Of a stretch of DNA of 64,000 bases, positions 31,519 through 41,346 are shown one piece after another. Under the pieces are notes generated by a model that made no database searches, was not told the origin of the DNA, and was given only the letters and a program-made list of their open reading frames with translations. Each line of letters starts with the position of its first letter. Positions within the stretch are counted from its first letter, which is position 1. The DNA is from Planctomycetota bacterium (GTDB lineage Bacteria > Planctomycetota > JAJSAM01 > JAJVHW01). Both the position numbers and the translations under genes were made by a program. The stretch covers positions 1,056,001 to 1,120,000 of the forward strand of contig CBDFJG010000003.1 in the NCBI GenBank assembly GCA_965248445.1. The letters run 5' to 3'.

Positions 31519-32726
31519 GATCTCTCCTCCGGCGGCGCTGTCCGCTGGACCACGGACACGATCGAGCCATCGTCCAGCCGCGTCGAGATCGTATCGCCGG
31601 CCGCGATTTCCGCCGCGCGGCGCAGCGGACGCCGATCGCCGTCGCGCGTCGTGATCGAGTAGCCCCGCGCCAGCACGTTCAAGGGCGACACGGCGCCAAG
31701 GTGCGCGGCCGCGGCCGTCAGTTGATCTCGGGCGCCGGCGACCCGCTGTTCGAGTGAGCGCGTCGCGCGACGCTCCCACTCGTCCACGTCCTGCGCCACG
31801 CGGCGCATAAGCTCGACCGGCCGCGCGAGGGCGTGCGACCGCGCGAGCGCGTCCACCCGTTCGCCCGCGCGGACCAGCCGCCCGTCGATGGAGCGGGCCA
31901 ACCGCGCGCGCAGTTCGGCCAGCCGCAGCGCGACCTCTTCGCTCTCGACGAACAGGAGCTCGGCCGCCTCGCTCGGCGTCGCGGCGCGGGCGTCGGCGCT
32001 GAGATCGGCGATCGTGGTGTCGGTCTCGTGGCCAACTCCGCAGACGACGGGCACGGGCGACGCCGCAACGGCCCGCGCGACGACCTCCTCGTTGAACGAC
32101 CAGAGGTCTTCGAGACTCCCGCCGCCGCGCAGCAGCGCGATGGCGTCGAACTCGTCCACCTGCGGGACGAACTCGAGCGCGCGCACGATCTCACCCGCTG
32201 CCTCGGCCCCCTGGACGCGCACCGGGAACACGGTGACGTGGGCGCCCGGCATGCGGCGGCGCTGGATGCGCAGGAAGTCGCGGAGCGCGGCGGACGTCGG
32301 CGACGTGACCACCGCGATGCGCTGCGCGAGCAGCGGCAGCGGCCGCTTGCGGTCTGCGTCGAACAGCCCGTCGGCGCGCAGCCGCTTCTTCAGCTCCTCG
32401 AACTTGACGTGCAGCGCGCCGACGCCGAGCGGCTCCAGCGAGCGCACGATGAGCTGGTACTTGCCGTGCGGTGGGTAGACGTCGATGTGCCCCGACGCGA
32501 GCACCTCTTCGCCGTCGTTCGGGCGGAACTTCAGCCGGCCCGCGTACGAACGCCACATGGCACACACGAGTTGCGCGCCCTCGTCGCGGAGCGAGAAGTA
32601 GATGTGCCCGGAACTCTGCCGCCGCAGATTCGAGATCTGGCCGCGGACCGTGACCGAGGAGAACGCGCCGCCGAGGAGGTCGGCGACCTCCCCGGTGAGC
32701 TCCGAGACGGTGTAGACGTCGTCCAC
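31515..32726 (-). CDS. xseA: Exodeoxyribonuclease VII large subunit
   Basis: SGHIYFSLRD, RGGGSLEDLWSFN and GVGHETD. Confidence 0.96.
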   Translation of the reverse strand: MDDVYTVSELTGEVADLLGGAFSSVTVRGQISNLRRQSSGHIYFSLRDEGAQLVCAMWRSYAGRLKFRPNDGEEVLASGHIDVYPPHGKYQLIVRSLEPLGVGALHVKFEELKKRLRADGLFDADRKRPLPLLAQRIAVVTSPTSAALRDFLRIQRRRMPGAHVTVFPVRVQGAEAAGEIVRALEFVPQVDEFDAIALLRGGGSLEDLWSFNEEVVARAVAASPVPVVCGVGHETDTTIADLSADARAATPSEAAELLFVESEEVALRLAELRARLARSIDGRLVRAGERVDALARSHALARPVELMRRVAQDVDEWERRATRSLEQRVAGARDQLTAAAAHLGAVSPLNVLARGYSITTRDGDRRPLRRAAEIAAGDTISTRLDDGSIVSVVQRTAPPEERS

Positions 32727-32747
32727 TTGCTCTCTGGGTTCAGCGCG

Positions 32748-34346
32748 TTACCGGGCGTAGTCCGTCACCCGCGTCTCGCGAAGGAGTGTGACCTTCACCT
32801 CGCCCGGGTACGTCAGCTCGTCTTCGATCGACTTTGCGATCTCGCGCGCGAGGCGCTGCGAGGTGCGGTCGCCGATCTTGTTCGGGTTGACCATGACGCG
32901 TAGCTCGCGACCCGCCTGGATGGCGAACGCGTTGTCCACGCCGTCGTAGCGGGTGGCGATCTCCTCGAGGCGCTGCAGGCGCTGGATGTAGCGCTCCAGC
33001 GTGTCGCGGCGGGCGCCCGGGCGGGATGCGCTGACGGCGTCGGCCGCAGCAGTCAGCACGGCGAAGGCTGTGTCCATCGGGATGTCGTTGTGATGGGCTG
33101 CGATGGCGTTCACGACGATGTCGTTCTCGCCGCAGCGCCGCGCCGCATCCGCACCGACGGCCGGGTGGCCGCCCTCGACCTCGTGGTCGATCGCCTTGCC
33201 GACGTCGTGGAGCAGGCCACAGCGGCGCGCGAGGCGCTCGTCGAGACCGAGTTCCGCGGCCATCAGGGCGCAGACGTTCGCGGCCTCGATCGAGTGCTGC
33301 AGGACGTTCTGTCCGTACGACGTCCGGAACTTCAGGCGGCCGAGCAGGTGCACGAGCTTGGGGTGCATGCGGCCGATGTTGAGGTCCATGACCGTGCGCT
33401 TGCCGGTCGCGTTGATGTCCTCCTCGACCTCCGAACCCGTCTGGCGCACGACCTCTTCGATGCGAGCTGGGTGGATGCGCCCGTCCTTGACGAGCTTCGC
33501 CATCGCGCGGCGTGCGGTCTCACGGCGCACACCGTCGAACGCCGACACGAGGACGATGCCCGGCGTGTCGTCCACGATCACGTCCACGCCGGCGGCCTTC
33601 TCGAACGCGCGGATGTTGCGACCCTCGCGTCCGATCACGCGTCCCTTGATGTCGTCAGTCGGCAGGTCGATGCCGGCGACCGTGATCTCGGATGCGTGCG
33701 ACGCGGCGATGCGCTGAATCGCCGTCGAGATGATGTCCCGCGCGCGGTCCTCCGAGGTCTGCTTGATGTTGTCCTCGGACTGCGCGATGAGGCGTTCCTC
33801 CTCCTCGGCGACGTCGGCGCGGATCTCCTGCAAGAGCTGCTCGCGCGCGGAGTCCTGCGTCAGGCCAGCCGCGGTGGCGAGCTGTTCGCGACGCTCGGTC
33901 AGGAGGCGCTCCGACTCGTCGGACTGCTCGCGCAGCGCGTCCTGCTTCTTCGCCACGCGGTCCTCGACGTCGGAGAGCATCTGCTTCCGACGGTCGAGCG
34001 CGATCTCGCGCTCGGACGCGACCTGGTCGCGCTTGTTCCCCGCACGCTCGCGCTCGCGCAACTCCGAGCGCTCACTCTGGAGTTTCTTCTCGCCCGCCTC
34101 CCGGATCTTCAGAACGTCGTCACGGGCGGAGAGCTCGGCCTCGCGCTGGATGCGTTCCGCTTCCCGCGTGGCCTGCTCGACGGCCTGCTGGCCCTCCTTC
34201 TCGGCGCGCGCGCGGATTCCGGACGCGCCGCGATTCAGCAGGAACCACGCTCCGCCCGCACCGGCGACGGTCGCGGCGATCGCCGCGATCCAGCCATCCG
34301 TCTCTAAGGCGAGGAGCGCCCCGAGGATCGTGTTCGAGAGTTCCAC
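32748..34346 (-). CDS. rny: Ribonuclease Y
   Basis: N-terminal TM and coiled coil; KH domain KGRVIGREGRNIR; HD domain LLHDVGK; AIQAGRELRV. Confidence 0.96.
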   Translation of the reverse strand: MELSNTILGALLALETDGWIAAIAATVAGAGGAWFLLNRGASGIRARAEKEGQQAVEQATREAERIQREAELSARDDVLKIREAGEKKLQSERSELRERERAGNKRDQVASEREIALDRRKQMLSDVEDRVAKKQDALREQSDESERLLTERREQLATAAGLTQDSAREQLLQEIRADVAEEEERLIAQSEDNIKQTSEDRARDIISTAIQRIAASHASEITVAGIDLPTDDIKGRVIGREGRNIRAFEKAAGVDVIVDDTPGIVLVSAFDGVRRETARRAMAKLVKDGRIHPARIEEVVRQTGSEVEEDINATGKRTVMDLNIGRMHPKLVHLLGRLKFRTSYGQNVLQHSIEAANVCALMAAELGLDERLARRCGLLHDVGKAIDHEVEGGHPAVGADAARRCGENDIVVNAIAAHHNDIPMDTAFAVLTAAADAVSASRPGARRDTLERYIQRLQRLEEIATRYDGVDNAFAIQAGRELRVMVNPNKIGDRTSQRLAREIAKSIEDELTYPGEVKVTLLRETRVTDYAR

Positions 34347-34542
34347 CTGCTACCTCCGGTCATCGTGTGAGGAGAGGGGGCCGCCGGGACGAGGTGTCCC
34401 GCCGGTGGCAGGTCGCGAACACGATGCGGGTCGCGCGCGCCTGCGAGTGCAGGTGGCGCGCACCATCGGGATCCCGGCGTCACCCCGGACCGGCGGGCTA
34501 CACCCGGCGAACCGTCAGCGACTTGGTGCGGGAACCGTCGGG

Positions 34543-34735
34543 CCGGCTCGGGGCGTCTGCCCCGCGTTCGTGCGTGTGCGCGGCCGGCCCCGGCGCGCGC
34601 TCGCGAGATTCCGGACTGTGGGCTCCGCCGCAGGGCGCGGCCGTCTCGTCCACAGATCCGGGTCGTAGTGAGCATCGTGTTGTGATCCGTCCCCGGGAGG
34701 GATGGCCGACGGCCGACTCCCCCCGAGCCCGTGAG
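34543..34735 (-). ncRNA. ssrS: Putative 6S RNA-like long hairpin
   Basis: About 190-nt rod: GGCTCGGGG/CCCCGAGCC closing stem, CCGGA-CTGTGG/CCACAG-TCCGG inner stem, A/C-rich central bubble; TATAAA just upstream; located upstream of rny. Confidence 0.5.
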
Positions 34736-34851
34736 GGACGTTTATACGCGACCCGCGGGCGCCTGGACGCAGAACCCAGAACGCAGAACGGCCGAGAGCA
34801 ACCGGGCGGGCGCCTGGCCTGGCTCGGGACGCCCCGGGGCACTGCGGGCGC

Positions 34852-36120
34852 TCAGTCGAAGCGCAGGCAGGAGAGCGAACTGGTCCGCCAGGCGTCCGGG
34901 GTGGCCTCGACGACGAGCGAATACCGGCCACCGAAGAACGGCGCCTTGTGGCCGCCGAGGAGGAGGTGGCCGTCCTCGAGCAGCACGGTCACCTGGGAGG
35001 CGGACTCCTCCACGGTGAAGGTTGCCTGCTTCGCCTGGAGCGTGCGGATCGCCCGGCCGGCGGCGTCCCGCCCGGTGATCGCCACGTCGAGCAGGCGGTC
35101 ACCCTCGACGCCACCGAGCGAATCGACCGTGTAGCCGACAGCTCCTGCCGACAGGTCGAGGAGGCGGTTCAGCTCGTCCTTGATCCGGCCCGTGTCGCGG
35201 GGGTTGCGTGCCGCCCCGTCGGCGGGACGTGGGAGTGCCGCCGTGGCAGGATCGCCGGTAGCTCCCGCGGCAACTCTCCCAGAACCCTCCGGCATCCTGC
35301 CAGTGCGGCGACCGGCGTCGGGACTCGACGTGGACGGGACACCGGCCGCGCCGCTGGAGAGGCGGGACCGCGCCGCGCCCAGCTGCGACTCGAGCGCCCG
35401 GATCTCGCGTTCCAGCTCATCGCCGCGGGCGGTCTCGGCACCGGCGCGCGTGCGCAACGTGTCGACCTGCGCGCGCAGCGCGGCGAGTTCCGCCTGACCG
35501 TCTTCGAGCGCCCCGAGACGGGTTCGCAGCGCCGCCTCGCGTTCTGCGGCACCGGAGCGCTGGTCACCCATCGCGTCGCGCGTCTCGGTCAGCTCGTCGC
35601 GCGACGCCGACACGTCCGAACGGGAGCGCGCCAGCTCTTCTTCCAGCGACTTCAAACGAACGGCGAATGCCTCGGCAACGTCGCGACGTTCGAGCTCTTG
35701 CTGCCCGCGCTGCAACTCCGCCTGCGAATCGAGGACAGCGGTGAGTCTTCCGTCGATCTCCTGGCGAACGCCGTCCGTGCGATTCCAGATGGCCCAGACG
35801 AGAGCCGCCGCGAGAATCGGGGCGAGCATGGCGGCGTAGACGAGGTACCGCGAACGGCGTTGCTCCTTGCGCAGTGACTTGCCCAGGTACTCGTGAGACT
35901 CACGAACCCGCTCGAGCGTGCGCGACAGTTCCCGGGCCTGCGCGCGATTGGCGGCGGCGTCGCGGTGCGCCTGTTCCAGCCAGGTCGAAAGGCCGGCTTC
36001 ACTCGCCGCCGACAGTGCCGCACCGGCGGGAATCAGCTCGGCGGAGTTTTCCGCGTGCTGTTCCTGTTCCTGTTCGCTGGGGGGTGCGTCGTCAGCGTGG
36101 TTGGTCGGGGGGGGGGGCAT
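34852..36120 (-). CDS. Hypothetical membrane-anchored coiled-coil protein
   Basis: One TM segment and long heptad-like region; AGGAG upstream of ATG; C11 tract right after ATG. Confidence 0.65.
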   Translation of the reverse strand: MPPPPTNHADDAPPSEQEQEQHAENSAELIPAGAALSAASEAGLSTWLEQAHRDAAANRAQARELSRTLERVRESHEYLGKSLRKEQRRSRYLVYAAMLAPILAAALVWAIWNRTDGVRQEIDGRLTAVLDSQAELQRGQQELERRDVAEAFAVRLKSLEEELARSRSDVSASRDELTETRDAMGDQRSGAAEREAALRTRLGALEDGQAELAALRAQVDTLRTRAGAETARGDELEREIRALESQLGAARSRLSSGAAGVPSTSSPDAGRRTGRMPEGSGRVAAGATGDPATAALPRPADGAARNPRDTGRIKDELNRLLDLSAGAVGYTVDSLGGVEGDRLLDVAITGRDAAGRAIRTLQAKQATFTVEESASQVTVLLEDGHLLLGGHKAPFFGGRYSLVVEATPDAWRTSSLSCLRFD

Positions 36121-36837
36121 CCGGGGCGTCTCCTGCCGGGGCGAGCAACGAGGTGTCGCGCACTCCGCCGGGATCCTCGCGCAACGCGTGGAAGTCGCGA
36201 AGGCTCACGTCGATGCGCGAGAGCTCAGTCTCGCCCCATTGGACGCCCGAGACGCTCGAGAACTCCGCCCCCGCCGGCAGGGCCACCAGGATCCGCGCCG
36301 AGGACAGCGGTCCGACCGTGACACGCGCACGCTCGCCGCCGAGCGTGCGGAGCCGCAACGCAGCCGCGGGCGTCAGGTCCGAGACCGGGACGGCGCCGGA
36401 AAGCGGCCCCGTGAGCGGCTCGACGGGCTCCCACGGCTCGCCGGCTCCGGCGCGCACCCGCAGCGGGACGGACGCGAGGTCCACCTCCCAGTCGCCGTTC
36501 CTCCCGCGGTTGGCGGCCCAGACGCTGGCGAGCCGGCGGGCCGGCGAAGCGGCGGGGAACAAGCGTCGGGCGAGCACGGCCTCGCCACCGCCATCCGGTC
36601 CTCCGGTCCGGCGGGGAGAAGCAGGAAGAGACGTCCGGGCGCAGTCGTCAGTCCGTAGAGCGCGACCGACCGCGGCGGCGCAGGCGGCGGAACGGCGGTG
36701 CGGCCGGAGGATCCGCCAAGGTGTCCCAGCGCCGCGAGCACTCCGAACGCGGCGGCTGCGCCGACGAGCAGGCCGCCGAGTACGGCCATCCAGGGGCGCA
36801 TCGGCGGCTTGCCGGGGGTTCGGGAATGTTCGATCAA
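36092..36837 (-). pseudogene. Hypothetical membrane protein frameshifted by an 8-bp tandem duplication
   Basis: ORFs 36373..36837 and 36092..36577 join in frame if one copy of TCCGGTCC (36594-36609) is removed. Confidence 0.6.
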
Positions 36838-36877
36838 AGGGCGGTCCGGACGGCGTTCACTTCCCGGCGGGTCCCTT

Positions 36878-37708
36878 CTAGTTGTCCTTCTTGATTTCCG
36901 GCTTGTCGGCCCACGCCTTGCGGTCCTTCTTGGTGTCGTTCAGGTAGGCGCGCGCAGCCGTGGGGTCGGTCAGGTTCTTCTTGCCGGACAGTCGCTTCAG
37001 CGCCTTCATCACGCCGCCGCCGATGACGTTCCACTTCGTCTTCAGGTTGTTGTCGTTCGCCTTGAAGCCGCTGTACGTGCCTTCGCTCTGCTTGATCACG
37101 TCTTCGAACAACTGCTTGCGCAGCTTGCCGGGTGCGTTCTCGTAACCGGCGATCGCGTGCGCAGCGGCGTTGATGACGTCGTAGTCCTTGTACTTCAGCA
37201 GGTCGCTGACTGTCTTGACCGCCGTCTTGCCCGGGTCAGCCATGGACCCAAGTGCGGTCAAGCACGCCTTCCACACGGCCTTCGCCGGCTTCTTGGACTT
37301 CAGCGCCTTGCCGAGCTGCTTCGTGATGGTCTTGGTCGCGTGTTCCGGACCAAGCATCGCCAGCGTCTTGATACCCGCGACCTTGGCTTTGTTGTCCTTG
37401 TTCGACGCGATCTTCTGCAAGTAGCCGGGGATGGGCGACTTGGTGTCCTCGGTGAGTTTCTCGTCGTTCCACATCGTGCCGAGCTTCGTCGCCGTGGCGA
37501 TGGCCGTGACACCAGGCATCTTCGAGAGCTTCTTCTTGAGGTTCTTCAGGTAGTCGGCAGCGTCGGCATTCGCCTTCTCCTCCGCAGTCATCACGGGCTC
37601 GTCGGCCTCGTGGTGATCGGCCAGGACCGGCGGGGCCGCCGAGAACAGGCCGAGGACGCACGCCATTGCGAACACTGCGGCGGAGGAGACTGCGGTGAGT
37701 TTCTTCAT
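36878..37708 (-). CDS. Secreted Lys-rich HEAT-like protein
   Basis: Signal peptide, helical repeats, GGAG RBS. Confidence 0.7.
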   Translation of the reverse strand: MKKLTAVSSAAVFAMACVLGLFSAAPPVLADHHEADEPVMTAEEKANADAADYLKNLKKKLSKMPGVTAIATATKLGTMWNDEKLTEDTKSPIPGYLQKIASNKDNKAKVAGIKTLAMLGPEHATKTITKQLGKALKSKKPAKAVWKACLTALGSMADPGKTAVKTVSDLLKYKDYDVINAAAHAIAGYENAPGKLRKQLFEDVIKQSEGTYSGFKANDNNLKTKWNVIGGGVMKALKRLSGKKNLTDPTAARAYLNDTKKDRKAWADKPEIKKDN

Positions 37709-37770
37709 GTGAGGACTCCGGGGGGCGCGGCCGGCTGGGCCACTGTCATTCTGCGCGGGCCAGACGGATT

Positions 37771-38607
37771 CTAAGCCGAGGACCCCTCAACGGTGCGAGG
37801 TCCCTGTGTTCCTTCCAAGCAAGAGGCGAGCCAGGCCGCCTCCGAGCCTGGAGCCTTGCAGAGGGTGCCGTCGATCGAGGACAGGGGCGTGATCCCTGAG
37901 AGACTGGAGGTCAGGAACACCTCCCGGGCTCGCTGGAGGTCGCTCGGGCGGAGGCGCCGCTCGGCCACCGGGCGGCCGTCAGTCGCGAATGCCGCCAGCG
38001 CCCGGGCCCGGGTGACTCCCGGCAGGACTCCCCGCTCCAGGGGCGGAGTCACCACGCGGTCGCCGAGCACCGCGAACACGTTCGCGAAGTCGGCCTCCGC
38101 CACGTCCCCATCCACCGTCCTGATCAGACCGACGTGCGCGCCCGCGGCGCGCGCCTCGCGGCGGGCCAGCACGAAGGGCATCCACGAGAGCGACTTGTGG
38201 CCCGACAGACGGCTCCGCGGATCGATGCGATGGCCCGCGATCGTGACGGCACGGAGCGGCTTCGAGGGCTCGCGAAACTCACGCGGGCTGATTCGCGTCG
38301 CCGTGTAGGAGAGGCGCGGCGTGAGTTCATCGGGCGAGACGAACCCGCGCGGCCCGCGCATGGTGAGGCGCACGCGCAACGCGGAGCGTCGCGGCATCAC
38401 GGCGCGCTTCCATGCTCGCGCCGCACCGCGGCGCATGCGCTCGGCCAGGTTCGCGGGACACGGCAATCCCAGGGCGGCGGCACTCGACTGCATCCGCGCT
38501 GCGTGCAACTCGATCAGTTTGGAGTGACCGCGCACGAGCAGGATCGTCTCGAAGAGTCCCTCACCCACCTCTGCGCCGCGATCCACTTGCGCTTCTCGGC
38601 GGGTCAT
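37771..38607 (-). CDS. pabC: Class IV aminotransferase, probable 4-amino-4-deoxychorismate lyase
   Basis: GEGLFETI, HKSL, LPGVTR and EVFLTSS; ATGA overlap with pabB. Confidence 0.8.
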   Translation of the reverse strand: MTRREAQVDRGAEVGEGLFETILLVRGHSKLIELHAARMQSSAAALGLPCPANLAERMRRGAARAWKRAVMPRRSALRVRLTMRGPRGFVSPDELTPRLSYTATRISPREFREPSKPLRAVTIAGHRIDPRSRLSGHKSLSWMPFVLARREARAAGAHVGLIRTVDGDVAEADFANVFAVLGDRVVTPPLERGVLPGVTRARALAAFATDGRPVAERRLRPSDLQRAREVFLTSSLSGITPLSSIDGTLCKAPGSEAAWLASCLEGTQGPRTVEGSSA

Positions 38608-39974
38608 GCGTCACTCTCGGTCAGCGCACGAATGAGCGCCCGCGCCTTGTCGAGAGTCTCATCGTACTCCGCCGCCGGATCGCTGTCCGCGACGATGCCG
38701 CCGCCGACGTGAAAGCTGACCGCGCTCTCGTCCGCGACGAGAGTTCTGATCAGGATGTTAAGGACCAGATCCCCGTCGTATCCGAACCAGCCGGCGGCTC
38801 CGCAATAGGGACCGCGGCGCACGTCCTCGAGCTCGTCGAGGATCTGCATGGCACGGATTTTCGGTGCCCCGGTGATGCTCCCGCCCGGCATCGTTGCCGC
38901 CACGAGGTCCGCGGCGTGCACGCGATCGGAGAGGCGCGCGGCGACGGTGGCAACGGCGTGATGCACCGTCGGGTGGGCCTCGAGCACTCGCTCTTCGAGC
39001 ACTTCGACGCTGCCTGTCTCCGCCACGCGACCCAGATCGTTGCGCAGCAGGTCGACGATCATCGCGAGTTCGGCCCGGTCCTTCTCGCTACGCAGGAGCG
39101 CGTCGGCGAGCGCCGCGTCCTCCGTGCCGTCCGCTCCGCGCGGACGCGTCCCCTTGATCGGGCGAGTGACGATGCGCGTCCCGCGGCGTTCGAGGAACAA
39201 CTCAGGGCTGATCGAGAGCACGGCCGGACCGCCCAGGTCCATCCAACACCCGTAGGGCGCGGGCGACGCGCGCCGCAACCGCGCATACAGGTCGATCGGA
39301 TCGACGCCGAGTTCGGCGGTGAAACGCTGCGAGAGGTTCGCCTGGAAGATGTCTCCCGCGCGGATGTACTCGAGCACCCGTTCGAGGCGCGCGAGATACA
39401 CCTCTTTCTCGACGTCCGGAACGACGTTCTGCGCTGCGGGAGCATCCCGCGGCGTGACTTCCGGGAGTGCGCCGACGAGATCGACGAACTCGGCCTGGCG
39501 GGCGACCAACCGCGACGGTCCCTCGCGCATGTCGCAGACGCCGCTGACGAACAGCCGCCGGTCCACGCGGTCCTCGACGAGCAGGCTCTCGTACTCCGCC
39601 AGCACGAGGTCGGGCACGCGCGGGTCGGGGCCGTGCCGGTCGGGCAGGTCTTCGACGTGGCGACCGATGTCGTACGAGATCCACCCGAGGAACCCGCCTC
39701 GGAACGGCGCCGGCGACTCCGGGTCCGGTGCCAGTCGGCGCTGCCCCACGACGTGGCGCAGCGCCGTCAGAGCTCCGGTCTTGCCAGCGGGCCAGCGCAG
39801 CGTGCGAATGGGCCGCCAGCCGAGAACGGACCAGCGGGCGCTGGGTCCCGCCGGGCCGCTCGAGTCCAGGAACGCCACGCCCGGCTCCCGCGCAGCAAGT
39901 GCGCGCGCAGCGGGCCAGAGTTCGGTGTACGGCAACTCCTGCCGGTATGCGGCCAGGGGGCGTGGGCTGGGCAC
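38604..39974 (-). CDS. pabB: Aminodeoxychorismate synthase component I
   Basis: SISPELFL, RPIKGTR, MIVDLLRNDLGR, GSITGAPK and NILIRT. Confidence 0.88.
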   Translation of the reverse strand: MPSPRPLAAYRQELPYTELWPAARALAAREPGVAFLDSSGPAGPSARWSVLGWRPIRTLRWPAGKTGALTALRHVVGQRRLAPDPESPAPFRGGFLGWISYDIGRHVEDLPDRHGPDPRVPDLVLAEYESLLVEDRVDRRLFVSGVCDMREGPSRLVARQAEFVDLVGALPEVTPRDAPAAQNVVPDVEKEVYLARLERVLEYIRAGDIFQANLSQRFTAELGVDPIDLYARLRRASPAPYGCWMDLGGPAVLSISPELFLERRGTRIVTRPIKGTRPRGADGTEDAALADALLRSEKDRAELAMIVDLLRNDLGRVAETGSVEVLEERVLEAHPTVHHAVATVAARLSDRVHAADLVAATMPGGSITGAPKIRAMQILDELEDVRRGPYCGAAGWFGYDGDLVLNILIRTLVADESAVSFHVGGGIVADSDPAAEYDETLDKARALIRALTESDA

Positions 39975-40094
39975 GGCGAGAGCGTCGCAGACGCGGACCG
40001 CCCAGGGAGGCGATTACTTGGCGCCCGTTCCCTGGTGCCGATTGTCTGGTGCCGATTCCTTGGCGTGCGGCGCCGACGGCGGGACGCTCGGTCC

Positions 40095-40985
40095 GTGCAC
40101 CCCGACGAGGCCGTGGATCGTTTCCTCGCCAACGGCCGCGTGGCGCGGCGGCTGTCGCCCCACACGCTGGAGGCGTACGGCGCCGATCTCTCGCGTCTGG
40201 CGGCGCACCTCGACGCGGACGGCGTGCGCGACGTGGCGGCGGTGGACTCCGCGGCGCTGCGTGCGTTTCTCGCCGGAGAGGCGGCCCGGGGGCTCGCGTC
40301 CACGAGCCTTGCTCGAGTCGTCGCGACCGCCCGCAGCTTCTTCAAGTACCTCCACCGCGAGGGCGTCGTCCCGCGCAACCCGGCGGCGGCACTGCGGTCG
40401 CCGCGCAAGCGAAGGACGCTTCCGGAACCACTCACGCAGAAGGAGGTCGAGCGGCTGCTGTCACTCCCCCTGCCGCCTGGGATGCGCGGCGCCCGCGACC
40501 GCTCGATTCTCGAAACTCTCTACTCGGCGGGTCTGCGTGTCGGTGAACTCTGCGGCGCCGACCTGGCCGACGTCGACCTTGAGACGGGCGTCATGCGCGT
40601 GCGCGGCAAGGGCAAGAAGGAGCGCCTGACGTTCCTAGGGGGAGCCGCCCGCCGCGCGATCGAGCGCTACCTCGCCCTGCGACAGACGACGCGCGGCCAT
40701 GGCGCGACCGAGGCGCTGTTCGTCAACAACCGCAGCGGACGACTGACGACGCGCAGCGTGGAGCGCATCGTGAAGCGGGAGCTCGAACGCGCCGGTCTCG
40801 CGGGGCGCGGCACGCCACACACTCTGCGGCACTCATTCGCGACGCACATGCTCGACGCGGGAGCCGATCTCCGAACGGTGCAGGAACTACTCGGTCACAG
40901 CGATCCCGCTACGACGCAGATCTACACGCACGTGACGCCGCGCCTCTTGCGCGAGGCGTACTCGAAGGCGCACCCGCGCGCATGA
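40095..40985 (+). CDS. xerC: Tyrosine recombinase XerC/XerD
   Basis: LYSAGLRVGEL, GKGKKER, PHTLRHSFATH, LLGH and TQIYTHV. Confidence 0.88.
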   Translation: MHPDEAVDRFLANGRVARRLSPHTLEAYGADLSRLAAHLDADGVRDVAAVDSAALRAFLAGEAARGLASTSLARVVATARSFFKYLHREGVVPRNPAAALRSPRKRRTLPEPLTQKEVERLLSLPLPPGMRGARDRSILETLYSAGLRVGELCGADLADVDLETGVMRVRGKGKKERLTFLGGAARRAIERYLALRQTTRGHGATEALFVNNRSGRLTTRSVERIVKRELERAGLAGRGTPHTLRHSFATHMLDAGADLRTVQELLGHSDPATTQIYTHVTPRLLREAYSKAHPRA

Positions 40986-40995
40986 GGCGACAGCG

Positions 40996-41346
40996 GTGAG
41001 CAACCGGCGTCTCGCGGCCGTGCTCGGGTTTCTCGGCGTGGCACTGGGTGCGTTTGGGGCGCACGGCCTCGACAAGGCGGTGGCCGCCGAACGGCTCGAT
41101 CAGGCGCTCGACTGGTGGCACACGGGTGCGGTCTACCACCTGCTGCACGCGGTCGCGATTCTGGCGCTCGGCGACCGCCGGGCGGCTGCGCCGGCCTGGT
41201 GCTTCGCCGCCGGCATCCTGGTCTTCAGCGGAACGCTCTACGCGATGGCTCTCGGAGCGCCGCGCTGGTTCGGCGCGGTCACGCCGTTCGGCGGCCTGCT
41301 GCTGCTCGCGGGCTGGCTGCTGCTGCTCCGCCGACCCCGCGACTAG
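40996..41346 (+). CDS. DUF423-family membrane protein
   Basis: LGAFGAH, FSGTLY and GAVTPFGG. Confidence 0.88.
   Translation: MSNRRLAAVLGFLGVALGAFGAHGLDKAVAAERLDQALDWWHTGAVYHLLHAVAILALGDRRAAAPAWCFAAGILVFSGTLYAMALGAPRWFGAVTPFGGLLLLAGWLLLLRRPRD

Noticed and set aside
40095..40985. xerC as the integrase of a mobile element
   Set aside because: Canonical Xer motifs and housekeeping context with no att sites or cargo
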